A stretch of 60,787 nt of DNA from Diadema antillarum. Lineage: Eukaryota. The stretch spans positions 1,674,001 through 1,734,787 of the forward strand of contig NW_027271795.1 of the NCBI RefSeq assembly GCF_040938485.1. Direction: 5' to 3'. Below are positions 12,783-25,047 of the stretch, piece after piece; position 1 is the first letter of the stretch; the number at the start of each line of letters is the position of its first letter. The notes under the pieces were generated by a model. The model ran no database searches. It was not told the DNA's origin and was given only the letters and a program-made list of their open reading frames with translations. Made by a program: the position numbers and the translations under genes.

Positions 12783-15762
12783 AGTAGGAGACCTTTCCAT
12801 ATTTTCAATAGATCAGTTTACAAACGGAGTCGAATTTCTCGGACACCTTTCAAACAAATGAGTTTCTTTGAGAAGGATTTCCAGTGTGTTGCGCGACAGA
12901 GCAATAGTCGATTAATGCAAATTGGATTCCCGTGTAACTTATTTTGATATTTTACATCATCGTGTACGCATAGGGCCTATGTTTCAGATATGACAAAAGG
13001 CGTTCTTTCAATGTAGAAAGTTTGCCGAGACCTTGCCCGACATAGGAATGGCAAATGCATGCCTATTGCATTCCAAATATCAAGATGCAATTAGTATGTA
13101 CAGGTGGACCGGATATCTTGTTTCTTAGGTCCTATCAGGACAAAATAGTAACGAATTAGCCACGTTGGTAAAGTGCCCTATGAAAACGTTTTCAGCAGGA
13201 ACATTAGTTAGTTACAAAACTCTGCACCTAGCATGCTTAGTCCTCGTGATATCTGTGGAATATCTATATGAACTTGAATACATTTGTAAATTAACGAGTT
13301 CGATGAAAGAGATAGATATATGAGCGATAGGAATTAAGAACCGGTCAATCTAGGTCTACCTCAGAGCTCTACCAACGTACTTTTACACCCAAGTACCTGA
13401 GTGGTGACGTCACAAAGTAGCAAGTTCAGCAAACTCGAGGTGAGGGTACGGTCACACATCAGTTCCTTTTTTGACCTCACGTATCGTTTGAGTCAGATTG
13501 TATTGATTAAATCCTATCGATCACCTCCTCCCTCGCATTGTACTTTATTAAAGCCCTCAAAAAATGTACCCAATGTTTCTTAAAATACCGATGGAATTTA
13601 AGGGAGAGAGGTCCCAGAACGGTCAAGCGGATACTTTCTTTCATTTTGAAGTCAGATGCATTACTCTCGAATAGTTGCGTTGATAAAAAATGTCTGTTGC
13701 TCTGAAAGACGAAAGGAGTCGACTGATGAACTTGGTTACCTGAATGTTAAAGTGGTTGTTCCCGCGAAGGACAATACATTCTTATACCTTCCTGCGACAC
13801 CCTGCAAAGCCGTTGTCCACATAATCGATTTAAAGGATGCGAAAGAGCGAAAATAACAACGACTCACAGGTGGTGGAACAATGGCCGGGTGAACATAACA
13901 CATCTACGGGAGGGATTTTTTTTCGGCAGTTGTATTGTTTGGAAGAGAGTAAGTGCTGAAGAAATTCTTTTGGTGGAAACTCATTCATAATCAACTGTAC
14001 GCAGCTCTTTGCACAAGTAAACAACTCTCAAACGATGGCTCGTGGTCTGAATGTGCGTTCACCCTACTAGAGCTGACCAAACTTGATCTACGGAATCACG
14101 AACCACTGACTTGATATGACCATGGCGACGAATAGGTGTAAATTGTCATGAGGGTGAATGAATGAACGAAGAGCTCACGGAGGAGGCAGTCGTGTGCATC
14201 GGCGACTTCATAGACATCGATGAATGCAGACCGTCACGTGAGTTATGAGAGTCGCTGTTATAATACTATGCCGTGTCACTTGGCTACATCCAGACTGACC
14301 CGTTGCTGTAATGTTGAAACAGTCCGGGGGCGACGACACTAAATATTGCTTGATGTACTGCGTCCCAGTATTCCCTCCGGTTATTGGCTATATTTTTTTA
14401 TGTTTTTCATTTTCCTTGTTGATATCAAATTTCGTGTCCTCATGACATTACAGTGGAAGGTAGATCAATTGATTTACGCCCACAACTCATAAATGCATTT
14501 GATATTTGCGCATTGCTACTATTATTCCTATCCAAGACAATTTGATAAAAACGTGAACGTACAGTGCAGGCTTTCACTGATTGTGTTACGAATGTACATT
14601 ATACAGGCATATTATGTATGTATAGAAGAGTAATCTGCTATTTGTGAATCTGTCTCGTTTGGGAACTTGCAGTGGGAAAATCACCAGAATTGCCAAAATT
14701 GTAGAATAACTGCATCTTTGGAGTTAAAAAAGATGTGCATTGTACAAACATTGTTGTGTTCCTCTAGGCAAGTCCAAATAAAGCAACAGAAACGATATAA
14801 TATAGCCTGCACTGTTTATTGGTTGAAGAAACGGGGTTGCAAACAATGACGCATTATTGATTACAGACATTGGCCCCAAGGCTTATACTTCTACAGAAAA
14901 TAGACATTAGGCAGTAAGTGTGGGTTGGAGGTGCAGGGGTGCTTAGAATTATGGTTGTGGATAACGGTTAACCGCATAAGCGACCCCGACACGTTCGTGT
15001 AACTGGTTACAGCGTCCCGGGGGCGTTAGGTTGTGGATAGCATTGGATGAAGACATGGGCTTGGGTCAACGTGAATAGGTGTATCACACGTATATACCTA
15101 TGAAACTCTTTTCAAGGCCATAGATGGATTTCTTAAATATTCAGCCATGATATGGACCATTGTTTCCCTCCATATCAATCAGGGGTTTGCGTATGATACA
15201 CTGTAACATAGTCTAATCGAATACATGTGGCCGGTTTTTGTTACCTATTAAAGATCTAGACGTAGGCCTACCTTTTGATCAAAGGTTGTTCTTGACAACC
15301 TGAAAGTTTGTCCGAGGCTTGTTCTGCTTCCTTGAGCACCCAATCATGCATTCTTATGTGAAGCTGCTTTATCACCACCCTTGTTCATTGTGATTTGTTA
15401 TGAATTTTGAAAACATTCATATTCCCTATCCCAATCACTTTAAATTCTGTAACTCTGTACCCAGTATAACTAATTTATAGATGTTCCCATGCAAAAATCT
15501 AAGAATTATCCGGAGCTTCCCTTTAAAACGTTCGCTGCAGCAGTGTCTAATTCAAAGTAAAAGTATGACTTTGAAATTATGAAATAAATGATAGTCGTTG
15601 CTCGTTATTTGTAATGGAATTTCTGTGAGAAATGAATGTGAATGTTAATTTAAAGTGTTATACTGCATCAAAGATTTATTTTAGCATTCGTTTAATCGAC
15701 ATGGAAATGAATGGCCCTTTGCTAATGTGGTTTGTTTGTTTGTTTGCTTGTTTTTTTTCAGC

Positions 15763-16935
15763 ATGAACGTACGAACCTTGCCAGCCCGCCTTGCCTGCTT
15801 GCTGTTATTCGGGCAGATCGCCTTCTACTGTTTCGTGCACCTGAGGAGTCGGTCGACCAGACGAAAATATCCAAAACATATTCAGTTTCCCGGGATGTTC
15901 CAAGCCGTATCCAATCACAGATTAATACAGGGTAGTAGACTACATCGTTCCGATGAAGATTCACTCCTTGTTCATCATTCAGTGCAACCCTCGACTCTAA
16001 ACAAAACTGCGCAAATCAAAGATGGCGGAACTATACAAGAAAAGCCAAAGAAATCTTATCTGGAAAGACATGCCGACGAGCACAACTACGCCTATCTGCA
16101 CAACCCGGCAAACATCTGCATGACAGCAGGCAACACCAAAGAAAAAGTATTCGTGATTTTCGTCGTAGTTACAGCGCCGAAAAATTCCTGGAGGCGCCGG
16201 GTGGTTCGCGAAACCTATGGTAGTCCAAGCGCGTGGCCCCTGCATGCTCGGGGCAGCTATAAACGGATCTTTCTGCTTGGCTCGACTAGCAACGCAACCA
16301 TACAACGATTCATCAACAAGGAGGCAGAAAAATATGGCGATATCGTGCAGGAGAGTTTCGTCGACGTCTACGAAAACCTAACGCTAAAGACCACCATGGC
16401 TCTGAAGTGGGTGACGAACTTCTGCCGCCATGCGCAGCTGATGATGAAAATCGACGACGACTCGATGATCAGCCAGACCCGTCTTTTGAGCATCCTCGAC
16501 AAATCGTCGCCGACCAACTGGACTGCCGGCAAGGTGATGGTGCAATCTCCAGTGTTTCGTAATCCAGATGCCAAGTTCTTCCTTTCCGAGGACTTTTACC
16601 CTCTTCCTACTTACCCTCCATACCTCAACGGACCTGGCTACATCCTCTCCACAGACTTGGTAGAAGCCAGCTACCAAACGGCTCTGACCACGCCCATTTT
16701 TCCGTGGGAAGATGTCTTTGTCGGCTTTTGCCTCGCGAAGCTCAACGTAAAAATGGATAACACCACGTATCATCGATTTCTCTGGATTCCTTCTTTCGAC
16801 AGCGTGGACGAGAGGCGGAAGTACCTCATGGTCGTGCGGAGGATGAGGTCATACGTGGTCGTGACGAACTTGGATTACAGATTCATGCGCATTATGTGGG
16901 CTGTCGGGAAGCTAAAGAGTCCTGGTACCAAATGA
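15763..16935 (+). CDS. Beta-1,3-galactosyltransferase-like (GT31) protein, paralog 2, 390 aa, single coding exon
   Basis: TM LACLLLFGQIAFYCFV and motifs RRRVVRETYG, YGDIVQESFVDVYENLTLKT, KIDDD, YPPYLNGPGY and EDVFVG. Acceptor ttttttttcag ends at 15761 and the ATG is at 15763. Confidence 0.93.
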   Translation: MNVRTLPARLACLLLFGQIAFYCFVHLRSRSTRRKYPKHIQFPGMFQAVSNHRLIQGSRLHRSDEDSLLVHHSVQPSTLNKTAQIKDGGTIQEKPKKSYLERHADEHNYAYLHNPANICMTAGNTKEKVFVIFVVVTAPKNSWRRRVVRETYGSPSAWPLHARGSYKRIFLLGSTSNATIQRFINKEAEKYGDIVQESFVDVYENLTLKTTMALKWVTNFCRHAQLMMKIDDDSMISQTRLLSILDKSSPTNWTAGKVMVQSPVFRNPDAKFFLSEDFYPLPTYPPYLNGPGYILSTDLVEASYQTALTTPIFPWEDVFVGFCLAKLNVKMDNTTYHRFLWIPSFDSVDERRKYLMVVRRMRSYVVVTNLDYRFMRIMWAVGKLKSPGTK

Positions 16936-16997
16936 ATGCGTCAACTCGTTGCGTACTCATTGTCATATTAATTGTCGTAGTCTACCATAGGTCATTC

Positions 16998-17273
16998 CAC
17001 GAGACCAACACCCGCGAGTCAAACAGCCCTAGAGTTTGGCATTGAAAAAAGTCCATGAGTCATACAGCCCATGAGTTCGACACGAAGTAGATACAGCCCG
17101 CGAGTTCGACATTACAACATGGGGCTTAGTGTGTCGGTCTCGTAGGCCCTTTTTGCTTAGTGTCAAACTTATGAGTTGTAGACCTATGACTCGTGGGCTG
17201 TATAACTCATGGGCTGTATGACTCATGGCTGTATGACTCGTTGGGTGTATGATTCGCGGATGTCAAACTCGTG
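16998..17273. mobile_element. Foldback-like element with arms built of about 16-bp subrepeats
   Basis: gagtcatacagcccatgagt (17057-17076) is the exact reverse complement of 17205-17224. The outer arms cacgag.../...ctcgtg also align. Confidence 0.7.
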
Positions 17274-18625
17274 ACATGGACCCGTATCGCATTCAAACTA
17301 TCATGCTTTTATTCGGAAATTTGCAGTACGGTCTCAATATTTAGACTTACACACAGAACACAATCGAAAATCACATGAGTTAGCTTGATTACCTACAACA
17401 GGACTCGACATTAGTCGTGGTGACCCGGGGCCCCTAAAATCTAATGTTGGTCCACCAAACTGCCCGAAAAGTTATCTTTTGGCGGCCCGATCGGGCAACT
17501 AGGTTTCAAGATGGATTGTTATGCTTTTATTTCGGGCAATAAAAATGTCGAATTAAAAGATTCGATCCCTGTCTTAAAAATATGATCATTTTGGTATTTT
17601 TTTTTGACCATGACTGTATTCATCCATTTCAATAAGGTAATTATAAATACGAATGTTAGTCAGTACTTCCATTTTAGAATTTTGTTTCAGAAAACAAGCA
17701 TTGTATGACCAAGGGGGTACGAGAGAACACGTATACCTCCTTGGTATGACTCACAACTTGGAAAATCTTGACTCACAGAATACCTATAGAGTATTTTACC
17801 ATTGTTGCTTATATGTTTCCAAGACAAGGCAAGCCGCAAGTCATATAGCGTCAGATTTTTTCTGCTGCCTTGAAAACTGTGGGAGACCTTTAACACAATG
17901 GTCGTTCAAACTCACTGTAATACCTTCTTTCATGTGTAGCCTCGCTATCCGACTAAAATTTGACAACAATTCAAAACTCGGGCTGTATTGGAAATGCTAC
18001 CGACGTTGGATGAGGCAGGAACTTAAACAGAGTCATCTCAATAATCGGTGAAGATAAAAAAACAGGTATTTTGAGAAGACTCAAGTCTGCATAGTCAACA
18101 GAGAATTTTGAAGTTGTGTGTGACTATTGGTCCCTATATAGTGGTAAGGAGAATTGCTTGTTAAAAATTTTCTGCTACCATTACCCGTATAAAATGCCCC
18201 TCGTCGTCATTGACAGAATACAGTGCAGCTCTGTACTGACATTCTTCTGCCGTGGATCAGAAATTGGTGAAAACAGTTCTACCTGATTTCAAAATGTGAG
18301 CCTCAAGGCGGTCAATATGATTTATATGTGCATCGCACTGCGGACACATCAGATTTGAAGTCTTTAAAGCTATTCATACAAAAAAATTTGGTCAAGTCCG
18401 TTGGAGACAAGAGGTTGTATCTCAAGGTGTATTTGACTCTTTCCGCTCTATAGTATACATGCATATTTAGGATGAATTTGAATCAGATGTGACTGGTTTC
18501 ACATTTCCTATAACATATTTTTAGTTTATCACTCAAAGCTGGTTTAACTCTCAAACAAACAACAAACCAGTGAACAAAACTGGATCATGTGGTGCTATGT
18601 TCGTCATGAATTCGACTATCAGCAA

Positions 18626-18752
18626 AGTGCCCTGTTTTATGAAGAGTTAAAATTGATTATAAAGTTGATTTCTATTATAAGTCTATGGCAGCCTGTGTGT
18701 TAAGGAAATTTAAAATCGATTATACATGTTTCGTTTGATAAAACAGGGCACT
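18626..18752. mobile_element. Small MITE with 15-bp perfect TIR
   Basis: agtgccctgttttat (18626-18640) / ataaaacagggcact (18738-18752). Confidence 0.6.
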
Positions 18753-19173
18753 GGACTACTACACTACAGTAAGAGTGTAATTATGTAATTATGTTATTGA
18801 GTAGACACTCTGTACCATGTCCATCTGTTTGATTATTTTTTAACCGATGTTGGGCCAAATGTTTCAAACTTGATACACAATGCAATAAAAGCTGATAAAC
18901 CGATGACTGCCTTCATTGGCTTTTACAAGGTATATTGTATTACAGTATAGTACCATTCAGCGTTGTCTGTGATCTGACCGAGTTCTCTTGTATGGTGCAA
19001 ACATCTTCCGTGTAGATGTGATAAGATGTTTGCGTTGTTAATATCATTTAATCATTCGTCCATGCACTCGTCTGCTGAATCACCACACACAAGTGTTTCG
19101 TCTTCGAATTCGCATGCAGACTGTCGTATTCATGTGGCAAGGCAACGTCGCTTATCTTGAAGTATAACGTGAA

Positions 19174-19308
19174 CAGGGGCGGATCCAGGAATTCCGTAAA
19201 GAGAGGGCGCCTTTCCAAAATTAAATTTTTATTTTTATTTCTTTTGTTTTAACAAAGAAAAAAAGGGGGCGTCCAGTGCGCCCCCCCCCCCCCTTGGATC
19301 CGCCACTG
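19174..19308. mobile_element. PIF/Harbinger-type MITE
   Basis: Ends caggggcggatcca (19174-19187) / tggatccgccactg (19295-19308). A solo end of the same type, cagtggcggatcca, is at 34524-34537. Confidence 0.75.
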
Positions 19309-19979
19309 TTGAAGGATGCCTTTTCACGTCAGAGGAAGAGAGAGAGAGAGAGGGGGGGGGGAATTAAAAGCGTACGATTAAATTTGCAAAGCTTTTGCGG
19401 ATGCTGATATCGATTTAACAAGAGTTATTCCGATATGTATAGAAATGGATCAGGCAGCTATACATTGACCTTGTTTGTTTTGAGTTAAATAGTAGGCTAC
19501 ATATACCAGCCCGAAAGTCATTTTCAAATGATTCGATCAAAGATAGATAAACTTGTATACTAGTCGAATCTCGAACTCATATAGACCAATTCGGTTTAGG
19601 TACTGTTTTTATGGTAATTTCTAACTGGGGGCTTCAAGTATGGCTAACAAAAGGTAATTTATGCACTGACATAGCAACGAACCTGGCTCATTCCTTGCAT
19701 AACCCATTGAAAGTGCTTTTGTTTTTCTTTGCAGGCCTCAAGTTATGGCCGCTATAATTTACCATGCTCTGAAGTCGGATTCATCTATATAGGTACATGT
19801 ATCACATGATTGATGATATCATAATGAATTACATTAATAACGTAAACCGAAATGTGCTGGTCGTTTTCATGATTTTATGTCGTCTCTGAGATGACATTTT
19901 TTTCGTCACCAATACACAAAGTAAGATTTGACACCGACATAATTCTAGCAACAATTCGAATCGATTCCCTCTGTCCGTG

Positions 19980-20127
19980 NNNNNNNNNNNNNNNNNNNNN
20001 NNNNNNNNNNNNNNNNNNNNNNNNNNNNNNNNNNNNNNNNNNNNNNNNNNNNNNNNNNNNNNNNNNNNNNNNNNNNNNNNNNNNNNNNNNNNNNNNNNNN
20101 NNNNNNNNNNNNNNNNNNNNNNNNNNN
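19980..20127. other. Assembly gap (148 N)
   Basis: Run of n. Confidence 1.
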
Positions 20128-20243
20128 GTGTGTGCATTTGGCTATACATGTATGTGATTAGCATAAAAACAGCACATACTAAAATTGATAACAACCATGT
20201 AGACACAGATTAGTAAGGTTGTTCAGGCCCTATTCACGGAAAC

Positions 20244-20245
<2 letters not shown>

Positions 20246-20286
<41 letters not shown>
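20246..20286. repeat. (GT)n microsatellite
   Basis: Direct reading. A second, imperfect (GT)n lies at 20545-20610. Confidence 0.95.
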
Positions 20287-20290
<4 letters not shown>

Positions 20291-20874
20291 AAATCTTGCT
20301 TGTAACTGCTGCATTTTGGAACAATGCAATTAAGCAAAGGCATAATGTGCTTGTCATTGTTTTGGCTAATACAAGACTAGTGGCTACAGCAAGTGACTAC
20401 CACATTACACTCAGACGGATCATATACTATCTCACGTCCCTTAATGACCACACACTCGCAATACGTATCGTTCTTTTCCACTTTATTATTCTTGCAAATA
20501 GTTGGACGAATTAGTGATATAGCATGCCGTATTACATGTATAATGTGTGTGTGTGTGTGTGTGTAGTGTGTGTGTATGTGTGTGTGTGTGTGTGCGTGTG
20601 TGTGTGTGTGTATGTTTAGTAATTCGTAGTCCTCGTGTTGGTCTAATGATGTTATCAATAACAGAGCAGAATTCCAGAACTGTATCATGCTGTCAATTCC
20701 AGCAGTTTTTTGAAAAAACACAAATTTTCGGTATTCTGCCCTTTGTCAGTATCAAAATAAGTTGACAAAGGGCAGGGTGCTCGAAAAAATTGTGTCCTCT
20801 TTAAATAAACAGTTGGTATTTACAGCATAATACATTTCTGGAATTCTGTTTTATTTTTGATGATAGGATATATA

Positions 20875-20952
20875 CAGTGAAGCCTCGTTATATAACGAGG
20901 TCCATGGGACCGCTGATATCACCTCGTTATAATTGGTACCTCGTTATAACCG
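20875..20952 (+). mobile_element. Tc1/mariner (pogo/Tigger-like) terminal fragment
   Basis: TA|cagtgaagcctcgttata..., with three cctcgttata subrepeats. The other end was not found. Confidence 0.55.
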
Positions 20953-21149
20953 TATACCTAAAAACAAAGAAAAAAACATAAGCATCGAGTCACATACCAG
21001 TCAATCAAAAAACATATAATTATGAGCAGTCTTTTCGTTGTAATTACACAAGTATATGGATCATCATAATAGAGAAAAAATAAAAAGGAATCATTTGTGA
21101 GTTGATACGAAAAGGAAGAGAGAGAAAAAAAGAAGGGGTTCAGACCGTA

Positions 21150-21870
21150 TTCTTCATTTTTCTTCCGAAAATCTGTCGTATATGCGTTCTTGAAAAGTGC
21201 AAGGCAGTGTCAACTTCGTGATCCTTTCTATACCTATGCTCTTCCTCGTGTACTGAACCATTCTGAGAGAATGAACATTTCCGTTGGTGAAATACAATAT
21301 TAAATCTTAATGAACAAAATCCGGTTTTTTTATATTGGCAAAGCAAATAATAAAATGCATTGTTCAACTTATTTTATGCTGATGGCGCCAGGCGGGATCA
21401 TGATGATTTCATCAATTATTTCGGCTGTTAATCTTTTACTATTTCGTGGGTATTTCACGCTGTTGATACCCAGCGGGACTGCAATGATTTTGTGAATTAT
21501 TGGGGCTATAAACTCTCATGATGTTGCGCCAGAAGAGATAAAAAATGCGTTATTTCTTTTTTTTTCACAAAATCTCATCGCATTTTGTACATGCGTTCTA
21601 GAAAGGTACACGACAGGGGTGAATCCCTGATCCTTTTTACACCTATATCTTTCTCATAGTATTGTACCATTACTGTCATTTGTAACCTATACAGATTTAA
21701 TGATAATGAACAAAATGAGATCGTATCACACACTTGTATTCGTTACTTTTTCTAGACATCGGCACACTAAGTAGAATATTATGCATTATATTCAACTTAT
21801 TTTATACGCTGTTGGCGTCCAGCGGGATCGCAATGGTTTCATTAATGATTTGGGGAGTAATCTTACTTAG
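21150..21870. repeat. Old diverged tandem duplication, unit about 410 bp
   Basis: tgcgttct.gaaa, gatccttt..acacctat, aatgaacaaaat and ttcaacttattttat...gcgggatc each occur twice, about 410 bp apart. Confidence 0.65.
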
Positions 21871-22247
21871 CGCTTGTAGGCCTACACTCCAATGTTTACT
21901 AGCCAGCAAAACAACTAGAAGTCTGAACTAAAATGGAAAGGATGTGATGAGCTGCACATGCATACCAACAACATATTCTTCCATGTTCTGCCACAAGTTC
22001 GTTTCATCAGATGAAGAAAGTGTTTGATTTTTTTTTTCATGTTACGACTGGTTTGAGCTAAGTATAACGACCTTGTTAAGGCGGTGGAAGCGCTGTCGGG
22101 CAATTCTGTTTCAAGTTTTGAGATTACTAATGTACTCAATGAAATACTCTTATGGCAGTCTGGAGCCAAAATGTCAAAAACATTCTTAACTGCAGCGAGA
22201 TGATGTTCACTTAATTTCAGTTCCGGGTATCTCATACATTTAAGATT

Positions 22248-23453
22248 TCACCGTCCAGCTTGACTGTCAGTCTGTGATTTATGTATGTTTTCTCGGTGAT
22301 GTACCCGCTTGCAGCCACCCTCGTCACAATGGTAAGTACTGAGGTGTATAGTGGGCACTGCCTCGCCACAGCGGGAAGGAGGCCTCTTCGGGCGAATGGG
22401 ACGTATGACAGATATCCGGCCTTGTGCTTGGGGAGTAAGGTTTTCGTTCCGCGCCGGAGTGCACGGAGGTCGACAAAGTGGCGGTGACATGACCTTCCCC
22501 AACACCTTGCCAAGGAGGCGTCCACAGCTTTTCCGAAACTGTGACTTCGTGAACCAATACAGGGCGGGGTTGATGGCACTGTTGAGATATATTAAGGCAG
22601 TAAAACAGAGGCGGACTATGGGCTTCAACCTGAAACTTGGGTTGTACGTTTCTATGAGAATGCCGATCATTATTGGTAACGTACAGACCATAAACACAGC
22701 TTGAATACTCACAAGCTTTATCACAACTCTTAGCTCGTGAGATGACCGTGCTGTGGCGAGTGCGAAGCCCGGCCTGCCAGGTCCGTCTGCCTGGACGTCA
22801 ACTCTCCGAATGCGTCTCATAAGGATGTAAATCACTCGTGCGTAGAACAATATAGTAAAAAATAATGGTACGCACTCGTGCACGTACAGTACCAAGTTTA
22901 TGTATAATTTGTCGAAAAGTGCTGTAAAATCCATACATGATCGACCGTCTCCGTATCGAAACGTTGACCGGTACGATGTCACAATCATAGGTACGATAGC
23001 GGTGATCGTGGCGCATATCCAGATGGATACGATTAAAACGCGTGCATAGAACTCAGTGATGCGCCATCTTAATCTACCAGCGATGTGGAGGTAGCGATCC
23101 AGCGCCACCCCGACTAGGCTCCAGATACTGGCGACACACTGTCCTATCAGGATGCAATAGACCAGCAGACAGGACCAGTAAGGTGGAGACGAGTGGCTGA
23201 TGACGATGCCGAGGATCATAGAGAGCCCGAGCAGGAAATCGGCCACGGCGAGGCTGATCAGGAAGGCAGTCGTGACGCTACGCAGCCTGTGGGATCCGCA
23301 CACCGTCGCAAGTACAAGACCATTGGCAACGATGGTCCACGTGCACACAAGGACCTGCAGGATCAAGCTCACTATGAAAGATCTCGGATTACCATCGCTT
23401 CCATGCCTCACTCCTGCTGTGTCGTTCTCAAGTTCACTAACCAATGGATCCAT
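22248..23453 (-). CDS. Rhodopsin-family (class A) orphan GPCR, 401 aa, intronless CDS
   Basis: Seven hydrophobic segments with motifs IVANGLV (TM1 N), LAVAD (TM2), DRY (TM3), IW (TM4), CTLP (TM6), NSAINPALY (TM7) and helix 8 FRKS. N-glycan sequon NDT near the N-terminus. First in-frame ATG at 23453 (the ORF-track start is TTG). Confidence 0.93.
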   Translation of the reverse strand: MDPLVSELENDTAGVRHGSDGNPRSFIVSLILQVLVCTWTIVANGLVLATVCGSHRLRSVTTAFLISLAVADFLLGLSMILGIVISHSSPPYWSCLLVYCILIGQCVASIWSLVGVALDRYLHIAGRLRWRITEFYARVLIVSIWICATITAIVPMIVTSYRSTFRYGDGRSCMDFTALFDKLYINLVLYVHECVPLFFTILFYARVIYILMRRIRRVDVQADGPGRPGFALATARSSHELRVVIKLVSIQAVFMVCTLPIMIGILIETYNPSFRLKPIVRLCFTALIYLNSAINPALYWFTKSQFRKSCGRLLGKVLGKVMSPPLCRPPCTPARNENLTPQAQGRISVIRPIRPKRPPSRCGEAVPTIHLSTYHCDEGGCKRVHHRENIHKSQTDSQAGR

Positions 23454-24800
23454 TTTGTCTGTCCTGTCACTTCCAACTTTCCCCACACTTATACACGATG
23501 ACTCACAGATTTCTATGGCGTGATAGTTGTTAGCACACCACAAGGAGAATCAAACTCACATGCATCCTCTGAGCCGCTCGAATGGAAGGAATGCTTTAGA
23601 ATGTTGTGAACCTCGCAGCATTATTATTGTCTTTAAACTTCGTCGAGACAATGATTTTGATGTTTCCGATCTTGAAAAATGTAGCCGTTGACGCTACACA
23701 ATGTTTCTGCTTGAGATGCTTCGAGATAATTGTGTTAGGTGCACGCGATACGTCTTCACGCCAGCCAATTCGCCACACCAACTGTTTCATGAAACTATGG
23801 GTTCTTTTATGGTTGCTAAAGGTAACTGACTCAAGAGATGCCCATGCGAAGTGTTCTAGATATACACTGGTTCCTTGTTCTACTTTGCGACGAGAGAAAA
23901 ATCACGCATGCGCGCGCAGGTACTCCGCTCACGCAGGCAAAAAACAACAAAAGTTTCTCTCTGCTTTCCTGGAAATCTGCGTTGACCAGTCTAATTTTGT
24001 GTTGCCAGTACTCATATAAATCAAGTTGTGACCAAGCGCTGTCATGTATGACTCCAAAATCCACACTCCACACTTCTCTTGAGCAACACAGTAATCTACC
24101 GTTACATTATCATAATATTATTTTGTGTCGTCTGCGCATTTTTCTTTTCACTAATAGGGCACACGTGCGATTAATGCACCTGGATGTATCTAGTGCTTGT
24201 GAGTTCATCGTCACGGGGCATCGTCTATTTTCGTCACGGGTATAGACAGTGCAAGAGACGATATTCGGCTTGTTCAAAATGATCTAACATCTCGGGAGGA
24301 TTGATGACGTCTTTAATGGAAGGATGAAGATGTTTCCAAAGACCACTGTGAGAAAGAGAGAAAGAGAAAGAGAGTGCAGTCATTATCAACCAAGATAATT
24401 GGAGGCTTTTCCCAGGGTAATTTGTATAATGACAGCGAAGGCGAAGTAATGATGCCGATTGGTCAAATTGTCGGTAGTATACCTGCGTAGTATTTCGGCA
24501 ACTACACCTAATGAGGGTGCTAAGATTACCTCAAAATCTGAATCCTGAAACAAAACTAGTTGTCATTAAGTAGTTAGATAAACTGAAAAGAATATCCTTG
24601 CTATCTATTACAAAAAGTGCGAGATACAGAAGCTTTTTACTTCAAGCCAAAAGACTCTTTACAAGATGATTATGATATACATTTATTATGGTGTACACAA
24701 CGCACAAGGGCGATGTGATTAAGATCTGTAGATAACTTTTACTGACGTTCAGCAATCAACGGATACTTTTACTAACTTTGTAACATTATCTTAAAATATT

Positions 24801-25047
24801 AGCAGCGTCGTTGTCAACAACAATATTATGGTTACGAACAATATGTGGGGTTTCTTAGTTCGTTCTTCATGTAGTAGCATAGAAACAACATCGTTGTCGA
24901 CAATAATTATGATTACCAAAAAAAAAAAAAAAAAAAAAAACCCATGTATGGAGTTTCTTCGTTCGTTCTTCATGTAGTGGCATAGAAGCAGCGTCGTTGT
25001 AAACAACAATTATAATCACAAAATATATGGGGTTTCTTCGTTCTTTC
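24801..25047. repeat. Minisatellite, about 3 units of 83-103 bp
   Basis: Units begin agcagcgtcgttgt-like at 24801, about 24884 and 24987. Unit 2 carries a poly(A) expansion. Confidence 0.8.

Noticed and set aside
19735-19792. Isolated plus-strand acceptor/donor pair (ttgcag...atag|gtacat)
   Set aside because: No coding signal or host gene, and the donor is weak.
19829-20213. ORFs spanning N-runs (also at 26795-27198 and 29002-29333)
   Set aside because: Artefacts of assembly gaps.
24801-25047. Repeat array considered as CRISPR-like
   Set aside because: Eukaryotic context, whole units repeat with no unique spacers, and no cas genes. It is a minisatellite.
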